Source: a virus
Lineage: Duplodnaviria > Caudoviricetes
IMG/VR virus record: IMGVR_UViG_3300042970_000025
Direction: 5' to 3' (one strand)
DNA: 64,000 nucleotides
The notes below the pieces were generated by a model. That model ran no database searches. It was not told where the DNA came from and saw nothing but the letters and a program-made list of their open reading frames with translations. Position numbers and translations under genes: made by a program. Shown here piece after piece: positions 49,098 through 58,937 of this stretch; the stretch's first letter is position 1; each line of letters begins with the position of its first letter.

Positions 49098-49511
49098 TCA
49101 TTCCGGCACGGAAAAATTCTGCAGCGCCGATCCGTGTATGCGATGGACGGTACGAATCGAGACGTTCAAGATGTCTGCGATATCTTCCCAGGTGCATCCA
49201 TCGATGTAACGGAAGCGCAGCACCAGCTGTTCGTCGTGATTTGGAAGCATGCTGATCCGGCTGCTGATCTCTTCACGCAGGGTGATCAACCTTGCGACCT
49301 TCTCAGCCACATCTTTCTGTGCTTCATCGATTTGTTCGATGCAGCGAACAAAGGCTGCATCAGCAGGACGGTTGGGACTGTGGGGCATGCCGTCATATCG
49401 TCCTGAGGTGATGGATACCGAGAGTTCCTTCCAGTAGTCGATCTCTCTTAAACGGCAGTTGATCATCGCATCCAAGTGTTTTGCTTGGTTTAAATATTGT
49501 TTTGGGGTCAT
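49098..49511 (-). CDS. RinA/ArpU-like late transcriptional activator
   Basis: MTPKQYL.Q, VLRFRYI...TWEDIA...VS.RTVHRIH..AL. Confidence 0.82.
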   Translation of the reverse strand: MTPKQYLNQAKHLDAMINCRLREIDYWKELSVSITSGRYDGMPHSPNRPADAAFVRCIEQIDEAQKDVAEKVARLITLREEISSRISMLPNHDEQLVLRFRYIDGCTWEDIADILNVSIRTVHRIHGSALQNFSVPE

Positions 49512-49729
49512 TCTTTCACCTCCTGATTTATTTTCTCTATCAGCATCTCTCCGTCGACTGCGGTCAGCAGCCGGTACCAATCGGAGAGAAAGAATCGTTC
49601 CAGCGTGTTCTTGTCCGCATTTGCTGATCTGCTCATCGGATTCATCTGCAGCGTCTTTAATGCTTTTCGGTAATCCTTGACGGCCTGCAGCACGATGGCG
49701 TTCGCGAGGTTCTCGTATGGGTCAATCAT
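49508..49729 (-). CDS. Small conserved phage protein
   Basis: PYENLANAIVLQAVKDY, ERFF.S.WY..LT. Confidence 0.75.
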   Translation of the reverse strand: MIDPYENLANAIVLQAVKDYRKALKTLQMNPMSRSANADKNTLERFFLSDWYRLLTAVDGEMLIEKINQEVKE

Positions 49730-51072
49730 CGCAGCACCGCCTTCACTGCATTGATTAGGGCAGACTGTGTCTTGTCCTTGCGCTGCAGCGCATTCAGGAT
49801 CCGACCATCGATGGTGCCTGATGTAATGATGTGCTGAATGACCACGGTTCGACTTTTCTGACCTTGCCTCCAGAGTCTTGCGTTCGTCTGCTGGTAGAGC
49901 TCAAGACTCCATGTCAATCCAAACCAGACAAGCGTGCTGCCGCCGTCCTGAAGGTTCAGGCCGTGGCCTGCGGAGGCGGGGTGGATCAACCCGATCGGAA
50001 TCTGACCCGTATTCCAGTCTGCAATGTCCTTGGATGATTTGAGTTCCCTTATGTCAAACCGTTTTCGGATCCTTTCAAGATCGTGCCGGAACCAGTAGGC
50101 GACGAGTACAGGCTTGCCGTTTGCTGCTTCGATGATGTCCTCCAGGGCATCGAGCTTTCGATCGTGAAATGCAATGATCTTTCCGTCGTCCGAATAGATT
50201 GCGCCATTGGAAAGCTGCGCGAGCTTGCCGGTGAGAGCTGCGGCGTTTGCGGCTGTGATTTCATCACCATGAAGCTGAAGCACAAGGTCGTTTCTCAGTG
50301 CATCATATCGATTGCGTTCCTCTTCGGAAAGCTGCACCTCGTATTTCGTGGAAATCAGCTCCGGCATCTTCAGATGGTCGGTTGACTTCATTGAGATCGT
50401 GATATCAGAGATCTGCCTATAGATAGCGTCTTCGGCTCCTGGCAGCGGTTTGTAAGAGTAGATCATCTCGCCGTTCCTTTTGTCTGGCACGAAATAATTC
50501 AGCCGGTACTGACCGATGAATCGCCCGAGCCGTTTTCCCTGATCGAGAAGCTTGAACTCCGCCCACAGATCCATGAGTCCATTGGAGGAAGGGGTTCCGG
50601 TGAGGCCGACGATTCTTTTTACGGATGGGCGAACCTTCATGAGTGCCTTGAAGCGTTTTGACCGGTGGTTCTTGAAGGATGAAAGCTCGTCGACGACCAC
50701 CATGTCGTATTTGAATGGGATGCCAGATTTCTCGATCAGCCATACGAGATTTTCGCGGTTGATGATCGTGACATCCGCGCTCTGCATCAGAGCGGCCTTT
50801 CGTTCTCTGGCAGTCCCGACTGCGACGGCGTAGGTGAGGCCGGACAGGTGATCCCACTTCCTGATCTCAGAAGGCCAGGTGTCCCTTGCCACGCGTAGTG
50901 GCGCGATTACCAGAACGCGGTGGACCTGAAAGCTGTCAAACAGAAGATCGAAAATTGCCGTCAGGCTGATCACCGTCTTGCCAAGACCCATGTCCAAAAG
51001 GACTGCAGCGACCGGATGCGTTTTGATGTAGTCAATGGCGTATTTCTGGTAATCATAGGGTTTGAAGTTCAT
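49726..51072 (-). CDS. Phage SNF2-like helicase
   Basis: DMGLGKT, DELS, LTGTP, GHGLNLQ, QTNARL.RQGQ. Confidence 0.92.
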   Translation of the reverse strand: MNFKPYDYQKYAIDYIKTHPVAAVLLDMGLGKTVISLTAIFDLLFDSFQVHRVLVIAPLRVARDTWPSEIRKWDHLSGLTYAVAVGTARERKAALMQSADVTIINRENLVWLIEKSGIPFKYDMVVVDELSSFKNHRSKRFKALMKVRPSVKRIVGLTGTPSSNGLMDLWAEFKLLDQGKRLGRFIGQYRLNYFVPDKRNGEMIYSYKPLPGAEDAIYRQISDITISMKSTDHLKMPELISTKYEVQLSEEERNRYDALRNDLVLQLHGDEITAANAAALTGKLAQLSNGAIYSDDGKIIAFHDRKLDALEDIIEAANGKPVLVAYWFRHDLERIRKRFDIRELKSSKDIADWNTGQIPIGLIHPASAGHGLNLQDGGSTLVWFGLTWSLELYQQTNARLWRQGQKSRTVVIQHIITSGTIDGRILNALQRKDKTQSALINAVKAVLR

Positions 51073-51334
51073 ACAGCATCCCTCCAATCTCGATTACGTC
51101 GTCAATTACATAGACCTTGTATCCCAACTTCCGAAGGAGATGGTGACGTGACAGTTGCAGCGGTCTCGGCCTTTGCCCGGGTGCCTTCAGTTCTGCGAAC
51201 GCCATATGTCCGTCAGGCATCAGGATGAGGCGGTCAGGCATTCCTGAGAAACCAGGTGAGACGAACTTAGGTGCAATCCCGCCCGCGCTTTTTACCATCA
51301 TGACTAATTTGCGTTCTATTTCCTTTTCGTTCAT
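51053..51334 (-). CDS. VRR-NUC nuclease
   Basis: EKEIE, GMPDRL, ELKAPG.RPRPLQ. Confidence 0.9.
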   Translation of the reverse strand: MNEKEIERKLVMMVKSAGGIAPKFVSPGFSGMPDRLILMPDGHMAFAELKAPGQRPRPLQLSRHHLLRKLGYKVYVIDDVIEIGGMLYELQTL

Positions 51335-51356
51335 GCATTCCTCCTTGAAATCATAG

Positions 51357-51454
51357 GTGTGCAGGTCAAGATGGTCGATTCCTAAAACCTCTATATAGAT
51401 ATAAATTTTATTTCTATAGGGACTTTTGTATATAGACCTTCTCGACCTGCACAC
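51357..51454. other. Candidate replication origin
   Basis: gtgtgcaggtc...gacctgcacac inverted repeat around an AT-rich core, right after the primase. Confidence 0.6.
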
Positions 51455-51462
51455 TTTTACTT

Positions 51463-53748
51463 TTAGTCCAGAAAATCTTGACCGGTTTTTAGTTTCAGAC
51501 CGTAAACGAGCATCCCGGATCTGGTCTTTCTTCGCTTGAATCCGGCTTTCTCCAGATTTCCGTAAAAATCCGTTGTGCTTCTCGCGTATTCACCGCTCTG
51601 AAAACAGACCGCGTGGTATTGCTGATAGAGGTCTCCGGATTTTTCTGTATATGATGGATCTACATCGCAGTGCTCATCGATGAACTGTCCCAGCCAGTCA
51701 TTGTCTTCGCGATATTTGTCCACGGCATCTCTGACCGCCTTCGGCTCTGATATCTTGAATCCCTTAGCGATTGCAGTCTCCGCGCCTTCAATGATCCATG
51801 AAAGGATCGCAGGCCCAGCGTGTTCGAAGAGGTAGTCCGAGTAATTTTTGATGTCGGAGTTCCCGGTGATCTTCGCATTGAATGGAATCACAATGAGCCT
51901 TCTCCAGGTGCCGTCGTCGTTTGCAGACACCTTGGGCAGGTAGTTCGTATAGAGGACGAGCGTGTGTGAGGGATCAAAATGAAACGGATCTTTATACTTT
52001 TTCTCTGCCTCGATCGGATCCACACTGCAGAGCTGCTTCACCATGCCAGTATTCAGCCGTTGACCTTCTTCAAGCTCCGATGCGATGATGAGGCGCTTTC
52101 CCTTAAGCTCTGCCATTTCCGGTTTGACGTTCCGCTTGCAGTTCATGGTGAGCGCTTCTGCGGAGATCTTGCCGGAGTAGTTTCCGAGGACTCTGGCGAC
52201 AGTGTTCCAGAATGTGGATTTACCATTCGCGCCTCCTCCGTAGGCAATAATCATTTGCTCAGCGTAGACGCGCCCGACTGCCGCCATGCCCACGATCTGC
52301 TGTACGTAGTCGATGAGCTCTTGGTCGCTACAGAAGAACAGGTCCAGATTCTGAAGCCAGATATCTTTTCCTTTGTCACCGGGAGAGCAGGCCGTGATCT
52401 TTGTGATGAGATCATCTGGATCATGCAGATGGCTGCCAGAGAGTCCTTTTGTCAGGTCATAGGTGGCGTCTGGTGTGTTGAGAAGATCCGGATCGTAATC
52501 GAGCTCGGAAACGTCGAGTGCCAGCATCGGCTTTGCAGCATTCTGGGCATTGACGATGTTCTTGTAGTTGCGATATTTCATGACGAATTTCTTATATGAA
52601 TCTGCGCTAAGCAGTGCATAGAGAAGGACCATCTTGTTTTCAGGCACCGCATTGACGAGAGCCTTGCCTCTTGCTTTGACGTCTGTTTTTGAAATGCCGA
52701 TGGCGATCAGGTTTTCCTCCGCGATGCGGATTGCTTCCGTCGCATCGACAAGCTGATCATCCATAAAATTTTCAACGACTCCAAGAGATCTCTGCTTATC
52801 CTCATACCAGCGATCTCCGCCAAAGGCGATGAAGTCTGTAGCACTCGTAAAGCGTAACTGGTTCTTGCACTCTTTAGAAATGACCTTGGCCTCGCCGATA
52901 TCGGAGTAGTCATCCGGCTTAAGAAAACAGGTGCCGAAGGTGTTCTCATATTCGTCAGGAGGGACGTAATCAGAACTTCCTTCCACTTTTTTCTTGAAGA
53001 ACTTCAGTGCGCTGCGCCAGATGGTGCGCAGTTCCTTGGCTGGAAGTGGCGGATCACATTTGCTGGCACGCTTTAGATATGCCTCATAGGCTTTGTCTGT
53101 ATCGCCGAAGCGCTTCAGCACGCGGCCTGCAAAATGAGACATTGTGTTGTTACGGCTTCCTTCAGGAATAGAGCCTCCAGTATAAATGGGCTCTTCCAGT
53201 GCTTCTTCGTCTGGTGCACTTGGCAAGATCTCATCAATGGTAAGCGTACCTTCATGCCAGAATACCTCATCCGGTTTCACCTTTGCACCATACAGAAACC
53301 GGGCAGCATCGAGCGCCTTTGAATCAAAGAACGGAAACTGCTGCATGCCGGTTTTCTTAAGCGCCGCGAAGGTAGAGGCATCCGTGCAGATTTTGATCGG
53401 AGCGACCAGATGAAAACGAGGGCGAGGGGAGTAGCTGTCCTTTTGAAGCATATTGTGGCGGCTTGGAGCAGCGGCAAATGAAATGTTCGCAAACGCACCG
53501 CTTGCCAGCTTTTCCGGTGTCATCCAGTCGCCAGGGCTTTCTGAAAAATCATTGTCGCAGTCCCAGACGATGGCATCAGCAGAGATAAAGTTGTCGTTTG
53601 AGCGATAATTGTTTTGATATGCTGCGGTCACGTGATCGCGTAAGGCGGCAGCGGCGAAATCTTCCGGACTATTGATGACCATTTTATGGGGATAGAGACA
53701 ATTGGCCTCGTTCCCCGTGCAGTCGGCAATGTATAAAGTAAATTTCAT
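51463..53748 (-). CDS. P4/D5-type primase-helicase
   Basis: EGSRN (PriCT-1), YGGGANGKST, LYTN.LPKV...DDGTWRR. Confidence 0.93.
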   Translation of the reverse strand: MKFTLYIADCTGNEANCLYPHKMVINSPEDFAAAALRDHVTAAYQNNYRSNDNFISADAIVWDCDNDFSESPGDWMTPEKLASGAFANISFAAAPSRHNMLQKDSYSPRPRFHLVAPIKICTDASTFAALKKTGMQQFPFFDSKALDAARFLYGAKVKPDEVFWHEGTLTIDEILPSAPDEEALEEPIYTGGSIPEGSRNNTMSHFAGRVLKRFGDTDKAYEAYLKRASKCDPPLPAKELRTIWRSALKFFKKKVEGSSDYVPPDEYENTFGTCFLKPDDYSDIGEAKVISKECKNQLRFTSATDFIAFGGDRWYEDKQRSLGVVENFMDDQLVDATEAIRIAEENLIAIGISKTDVKARGKALVNAVPENKMVLLYALLSADSYKKFVMKYRNYKNIVNAQNAAKPMLALDVSELDYDPDLLNTPDATYDLTKGLSGSHLHDPDDLITKITACSPGDKGKDIWLQNLDLFFCSDQELIDYVQQIVGMAAVGRVYAEQMIIAYGGGANGKSTFWNTVARVLGNYSGKISAEALTMNCKRNVKPEMAELKGKRLIIASELEEGQRLNTGMVKQLCSVDPIEAEKKYKDPFHFDPSHTLVLYTNYLPKVSANDDGTWRRLIVIPFNAKITGNSDIKNYSDYLFEHAGPAILSWIIEGAETAIAKGFKISEPKAVRDAVDKYREDNDWLGQFIDEHCDVDPSYTEKSGDLYQQYHAVCFQSGEYARSTTDFYGNLEKAGFKRRKTRSGMLVYGLKLKTGQDFLD

Positions 53749-53750
53749 GC

Positions 53751-54083
53751 TTAGTCATGCACCTCCTTTGATTCATCCTCCAGCACCTTCGTGATAAACT
53801 TCAGTGCTCGAATCATGGTTTCAAGCTCGCAGTCTCCACCGAGAAAGACCTCAAAGCCTGACGTACCTCCAAAGCGGTCGCGGAGTACATTAACACCCAT
53901 ATCGGTGCATGCTTCATCCGAGATGCGAAAATACGTCCTGCCGCCGTGTCCGGTGTCGCCACCCATATAACCAGTGGTTCCGGCTTCGACATCGAGAATG
54001 TTGCAACTGACTACCTCACGTTCATATGTTGTGATTTCTGTTCCGTCATACAGTACCTTGCTGTTTTCCTTTACTTCGTACAT
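53751..54083 (-). CDS. Hypothetical phage protein
   Basis: EAGTTGY.GGD.GHGGRTYF motif, RBS present. Confidence 0.75.
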   Translation of the reverse strand: MYEVKENSKVLYDGTEITTYEREVVSCNILDVEAGTTGYMGGDTGHGGRTYFRISDEACTDMGVNVLRDRFGGTSGFEVFLGGDCELETMIRALKFITKVLEDESKEVHD

Positions 54084-54086
54084 GGC

Positions 54087-54458
54087 TTAAACCTCCTGAC
54101 AATCATTTGTAAAATAGCGCAAGCGGTAATTTTTCCGTTTCGCACACTTGATTTCCGTTTTCATACCGGCAGTGATTCTGCTTCCGAATACCCAGACCTC
54201 CGTGCACTTACTCATCAGGGCATTTCCGAAGAGTAGACCGAGTTCGCGTTCCGTTTCATCGCTGTCATCAAGGAACTGCGGAAAAAGAAGATGAGGAGCA
54301 AACGGAATGTATCCTTTGCTTACAGCAAAGCGGCAGAAGCGTCTTGCAGCGATTACGTTGTTCTTCGCTTCTCCGGAGTAGGGAGAACAGATGTACACAA
54401 TCGGCCGAAAAGTCCTGAGTGCTCTTTGATTCTCGGTTTTGGCGCTTTTGAAATCCAT
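54087..54458 (-). CDS. DUF4406 / nucleoside deoxyribosyltransferase-like protein
   Basis: VYICSPY.G, APHLLFPQF, C.EVWVFG..IT.GM..EI. Confidence 0.75.
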   Translation of the reverse strand: MDFKSAKTENQRALRTFRPIVYICSPYSGEAKNNVIAARRFCRFAVSKGYIPFAPHLLFPQFLDDSDETERELGLLFGNALMSKCTEVWVFGSRITAGMKTEIKCAKRKNYRLRYFTNDCQEV

Positions 54459-54495
54459 GTGGTTTACCTCCTTTCTGAGGTGTTATTAACCTCTA

Positions 54496-54527
54496 CTTCC
54501 CACTGGAGAAAGATTGCTGTTTTGAGC
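54496..54527 (-). promoter_or_regulatory. GCTCAAAA-N9-TTCTCCAGTRG motif, copy B
   Basis: Follows the hairpin at 54536-54562, precedes the primase operon. Confidence 0.7.
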
Positions 54528-54587
54528 GAAAAAAATCACCTCCGCATTTTTCTTCGGAGGTGAGCGACGTATATTGATGGAGATGTA

Positions 54588-56576
54588 TTAATCTTTTTTA
54601 TAAAACGGGGTGGTATAACCGTCTGCGCGAAGGAGAAGTCCAGGAGTCCAAGGAGGAGTCCTGCCCATTTGTTCACAAATCGCATCAAGTGAGACGGATG
54701 GATCGGCTTCGATAATCAGTTCGTCGTGAACGTGCATGACAATCCGGCAGTAGCGGAGCGTTTTCATAGCGTAGCAAAGGATGTCGCGTGAAGTTGCCTG
54801 TACGATGTTTTCCACGAACTTAGGCCCATAGGAATCGAGCCTTTCCCATTTCTTCGCAGGGCCGATTCCCTCATAGGTAACACATTCGCCGCCGAACTTA
54901 TTTGTTCCGATCTTCGGTTTTACGTAAGCGAGCCTCCTGCCGGAGGGCAGCCGGATGAACAGCATGCCGGAGCGGCATTCGAAGTTCAGTCCGTAGATAG
55001 TGGAAGGGGAGTGGTAGCGCACTGCGTTCATGACTGCTCGGTCGACGTCCCACCAGAACTGGACGATGTGAGGATTGGTCTTTCGCCAAGCATCGACCAG
55101 CGGAGGAAGCTCGTCTTCGGATAACCCCATCTCAAGAGCACCCATTGCTTTCAGAGCACCGACCGATCCACCGTAGCCGAGGGCCAGCTCTGCGATTTTT
55201 CCTTTCTGCCGGAGGTGTCCATTTATGCCGTGTTTTACGACTGGTACGTGGAACATCTGGCTGGCCGATGCGCAGTAGATGTCACCGCCTTCTTCAAATA
55301 CTTTCTGTCGCCATTTCTCCCCGGCATACCAAGCAATCACCCTGGCTTCGATCGCCGAGAAGTCAGCTACGTAAAAGAGCATGCCTTCTTTTGGAATGAA
55401 GGCAGTTCGGATAAGCTGGGAAAGTGTGTCCGGCACATCCTCATAGAGCATTTTGACGGCCTCGAAGTTTCCGGATTTTACCAGAGCCCGCGCGGATGAC
55501 AGATCTTCCAGATGATTCTGCGGGAGGTTCTGTAATTGGATGAGTCTACCGGCCCAACGACCTGTACGGTTTGCACCGTAGAATGCGAACATCCCGCGGG
55601 CTCTTCCGTCATCACATACAGCCCGCTGCATAGTCTGATATTTCTTGACGGACGACTTTGACAGCTGCTGCCGAAGCTTAAGAGCTTCTTTAAGTCTTGG
55701 TGGAACGGATTTGATAAGTTTGGAGACTTCCTTTTTCCCGAGGCTTTCCACCTCGACTCCTTGCAGCGCCAGCCACTGTTTCATCTGCTGCACGCTATTC
55801 GGATTCTCAAGAGAGGTGATCGCTTTCATAGCGGTCATGAGCTCTGACCGTGATTGGGAGTCCATCTCGATCGCTTTTTCTACAAGGTCCATATCCAGGC
55901 GAACGCCGCGGTCGTTGATTTCCTGATCGATATGGTACTCGTCCCATACGAAATCCGGCACCGGGAATTTGGAAAGACGTTTCTTAATCCCCATCTCGGT
56001 TTCGACATCTCGGATGTTATATCGTTTAAACGCCTTCCATTTCTCTGAGGCGTGGCAGGGAAGGTTTCTGGTTCGGCCGCTGTTTGATTTAGTCGGAGCG
56101 CAGGGAACGCAGAAGTATTTGATGAGATCCTTGCCTTTTGTGAGCTTCTGCTTTTCAAGCCCGAGGACCGTGCCGACACCTTCAAGAGAGCGGGGAAGAC
56201 CCATTGCAGATGCCCAGACCATGGAGCAGCGCCAGCTTTCAGGATTCAGGAACCTTGCACGTTCTATAGACAGAGGGTGATCATCGTGAAACGGATCAAG
56301 ACTGATTTCCATATCACGCAGATACCGCGACAGGCATACCCGTTCGAAGTTCGCGTTGTACGCCCATTTGATCACTTCATCGCTGACAAGCGCGTCGACG
56401 ACCTCCTGCGGAAGTTTTTCTCCCTGCGCAAGATCGATGGTTTTCACTTCACCGCCATCGATGGAATATCCAAAGAGCAGGATCTCGAAAGCAGGGGACT
56501 CGGTGTACTTGTATACGCCACATTTGCCGAGGTTGATATCGCTATATGTTTCAATGTCGATGCTGAGTGTTTTCAA
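54588..56576 (-). CDS. Phage family-A DNA polymerase
   Basis: IDIETYS exonuclease motif, RTGRW, ADFSAIEARV, RQKGK.AELALGYG, HVHDE. Confidence 0.93.
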   Translation of the reverse strand: MKTLSIDIETYSDINLGKCGVYKYTESPAFEILLFGYSIDGGEVKTIDLAQGEKLPQEVVDALVSDEVIKWAYNANFERVCLSRYLRDMEISLDPFHDDHPLSIERARFLNPESWRCSMVWASAMGLPRSLEGVGTVLGLEKQKLTKGKDLIKYFCVPCAPTKSNSGRTRNLPCHASEKWKAFKRYNIRDVETEMGIKKRLSKFPVPDFVWDEYHIDQEINDRGVRLDMDLVEKAIEMDSQSRSELMTAMKAITSLENPNSVQQMKQWLALQGVEVESLGKKEVSKLIKSVPPRLKEALKLRQQLSKSSVKKYQTMQRAVCDDGRARGMFAFYGANRTGRWAGRLIQLQNLPQNHLEDLSSARALVKSGNFEAVKMLYEDVPDTLSQLIRTAFIPKEGMLFYVADFSAIEARVIAWYAGEKWRQKVFEEGGDIYCASASQMFHVPVVKHGINGHLRQKGKIAELALGYGGSVGALKAMGALEMGLSEDELPPLVDAWRKTNPHIVQFWWDVDRAVMNAVRYHSPSTIYGLNFECRSGMLFIRLPSGRRLAYVKPKIGTNKFGGECVTYEGIGPAKKWERLDSYGPKFVENIVQATSRDILCYAMKTLRYCRIVMHVHDELIIEADPSVSLDAICEQMGRTPPWTPGLLLRADGYTTPFYKKD

Positions 56577-56645
56577 TTTTTACCTCCAATCAAACAAGCG
56601 GCAGAGATTGATCCCCGCCGCCTGTTATTTGTTCACTTCAATTGC

Positions 56646-57212
56646 TTAGTTCAGAAAATCTTCATCGTCGTCAGTCGCGAAGTCAGATGCAGCGCTTGCT
56701 TTGCCACCGAGAGGCTCCCCATCGCGGATCTTCTGCAAGTTGTTGAGTCCGCAGGCGATGCCCTTGTTGCCGGAACTATTGAAGGCATAGAAGGTGATAG
56801 AAGCGCGCCCATAAACGCCACTGTAAACTTCTGAGCGGGTAAGAATCGGATTCAGGTCGGCATCTACGATGCCCGGCGCTGTGGTTGCGTTGGCATTAAC
56901 AAAATATGCGTTTTTGTAAGCCTCATCGTCTGGACGCTCCGCATCACCATCGCGGAGGGGCTTCTTAATTGCAGAAAGAGCTGGCACGCTCTTTCCGTTT
57001 CCGCGAAGCTTCACCTCGCCTTCCTTATATGCCGCTTCGATAGCCGCCTTGATCTTATTGAGTGTTACGGTGTCAGACTTCGGAATGATGAGGCTGACGC
57101 TGTATTTCGGGGTGCCTCCATTGATCGACTTCGGCTCCCAGACGTTTGCGTAGCTCCAGCGAGTGTTCGGTCCAGTGATAACTTTCATCGGGTTGTTCAT
57201 TCTTTTACTCAT
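56646..57212 (-). CDS. DUF2815 ssDNA-binding-like protein
   Basis: RWSYAN.WEP, PLRDGD, VYSGVY, GLNNLQK, acidic tail. Confidence 0.88.
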   Translation of the reverse strand: MSKRMNNPMKVITGPNTRWSYANVWEPKSINGGTPKYSVSLIIPKSDTVTLNKIKAAIEAAYKEGEVKLRGNGKSVPALSAIKKPLRDGDAERPDDEAYKNAYFVNANATTAPGIVDADLNPILTRSEVYSGVYGRASITFYAFNSSGNKGIACGLNNLQKIRDGEPLGGKASAASDFATDDDEDFLN

Positions 57213-58344
57213 GATATTTTTCCTCCATAAAATCGTTTTTTGCTGTGTTCATGGCCGGGCGTTTGTCGCTGTCCGGCACGAGAGTAGGTTTTCCCTGCGG
57301 CTTTTCAATATATGCCGACAGGAGTTCATTAAAACGGGATTTGCCGAGAAGTCTCTGCATGGCTGTAATGCCCAGCAGCTTTTTCTGATATGGGTCGTAC
57401 CCAGCATCGGTGACTGCCTTGGCAACGGACGCTTCATCAGTGTACTTGCGGATAGATCGTCCCTCGACCAGCTTGAAACCGCGCCATTCTTTCCCGGAAA
57501 GTGCCTGCTGCAGGGCATACTCTTTAATGTCGGACGCCCAGACAGTGAGCTCATCGACCTTAGAAAGAATGACTTCGATTTCTGCATCGGAAAGCTCTGG
57601 TGGAAGTTTGAAGTCATCCTGCGCAAGCTTAAGATTCTCCTCGGCCCGCTTTCTGCAGATCATCCTGGCTTTACAGAACCTGCACCAGTATCCACAGGAA
57701 TAGTCACCGGCACCAGTAAAAGCAAGTTCTGCAGCAGGTTTTAAGACACTTTTAGCCCAGGAGAGAAGGTCATCTTTAGAAATCTCCCATATGCTTACGT
57801 TCTGCCTGCGCGGCTGGTAAATTGATAAGGATACGGTGTCGATGTCGTAGAGGCCATCGAACATAGCAATAGCTCCTAGTGCATAGCAGGCAAGCTGCGT
57901 GTTATGCTCTGCACTTACCTCTACGCCGGCTCCGTACTTCAGATCGACAATCCGAAGTACTCCATCTGCTGCGATCACCGCATCTGCAGTGCCAAATCCA
58001 TCTTTCACCCAATCTGAGAAGTTGACTTTCTGTTCTACACACACTTTCGGATCACAGCAAGCTTTCTTCGCTGATTCAAGCTGTTCTAAGACAAAAGAGA
58101 CATATCCATCTGCAGCATCATCCATCTCTTTATTAAAGAAATCGAGATTCTCTGTTGGATCTTTTGCAGGGAAACCGAGAGCCCTCTTCAGTTTGAATTC
58201 AGCCAGTGCGTGGGCACAGGTTCCTTCGAGTGCATAAGTACTTCCTTTATCTTCAAAGCGTTCTCCAAATCTCACTGAAGGAGGGCAGTGGATCCAGCGC
58301 TCCGAGGAGGACGCTGACAGGATTGCATGATTTCTAGGGCTCAT
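57205..58344 (-). CDS. DUF2800 PD-(D/E)XK (Cas4-like) nuclease
   Basis: HA.LSASS..RW..CPPS, GFGTAD, DLKYG, C.FCKA...C. Confidence 0.88.
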   Translation of the reverse strand: MSPRNHAILSASSSERWIHCPPSVRFGERFEDKGSTYALEGTCAHALAEFKLKRALGFPAKDPTENLDFFNKEMDDAADGYVSFVLEQLESAKKACCDPKVCVEQKVNFSDWVKDGFGTADAVIAADGVLRIVDLKYGAGVEVSAEHNTQLACYALGAIAMFDGLYDIDTVSLSIYQPRRQNVSIWEISKDDLLSWAKSVLKPAAELAFTGAGDYSCGYWCRFCKARMICRKRAEENLKLAQDDFKLPPELSDAEIEVILSKVDELTVWASDIKEYALQQALSGKEWRGFKLVEGRSIRKYTDEASVAKAVTDAGYDPYQKKLLGITAMQRLLGKSRFNELLSAYIEKPQGKPTLVPDSDKRPAMNTAKNDFMEEKYHE

Positions 58345-58649
58345 GACAGTGCCTCCACGTCTTTCAGAAGTGCTTCATAGTCCTTCGGATCAATCTTTGA
58401 AAGCCGGTCTGTCCCGTACTTACGAAGGAGGTCACGAATCTGATCGGTAAACCCTTCGCGGGATTTGTCGGCAAGAACTGGACGGATATCCTCAAGCGCC
58501 AGGGTTTTCTTGGGCGTGAGTTCCTGCACAGGAACAGTGGAGCTCTCACTGATGTTTTCCGAAGCCTGTTTACAAAGCCAGTCTGCTGCGTTGTTAATAA
58601 CAGCGGCGGCATTCCGAAGTTCTTTGATGGTCTTTTCCATTTTTGACAT
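58341..58649 (-). CDS. Conserved phage hypothetical protein
   Basis: LEDIRPVLA.KSR.G....IR.LL.KYG...LS.IDP. Confidence 0.75.
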   Translation of the reverse strand: MSKMEKTIKELRNAAAVINNAADWLCKQASENISESSTVPVQELTPKKTLALEDIRPVLADKSREGFTDQIRDLLRKYGTDRLSKIDPKDYEALLKDVEALS

Positions 58650-58812
58650 AATTTTCATCTCCTTTCTCGGATTGGCATGTGGCAAGGATTGTAAGATTCC
58701 TTGCGAGTCTAGCGGATACACGGCTAATGGCATTTAAGAGTCTGATTTCTTCGCTAGCCGTATTCATCCGTGTGCCTCCGCTGTCTGCGTAGTTTCGATA
58801 CATATGAATCAC
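58594..58812 (-). CDS. Small hypothetical protein
   Basis: LNAISRVSARLARNL; first gene after promoter copy C. Confidence 0.5.
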   Translation of the reverse strand: MIHMYRNYADSGGTRMNTASEEIRLLNAISRVSARLARNLTILATCQSEKGDENYVKNGKDHQRTSECRRCY

Positions 58813-58840
58813 CTTCCTTTCATTTGGCTTTTCGCCTTAC

Positions 58841-58873
58841 ACCTTCTACTGGAGAATGGAGGTCGTTTTGAGC
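58841..58873 (-). promoter_or_regulatory. GCTCAAAA-N9-TTCTCCAGTRG motif, copy C
   Basis: Just downstream of sigma-like gene, precedes the PolA operon. Confidence 0.7.
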
Positions 58874-58937
58874 GGAGAAAAAACATAAAATCTGCTGCAA
58901 TCTCGAGGTGAGATAGCAGCAGACGGAAAGTTCAAAA

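Noticed and set aside
57205-58344. Cas4-like nuclease as a sign of CRISPR-Cas
   Set aside because: It lies in the usual DUF2800-DUF2815-PolA phage module; I saw no repeat-spacer array or other cas genes.
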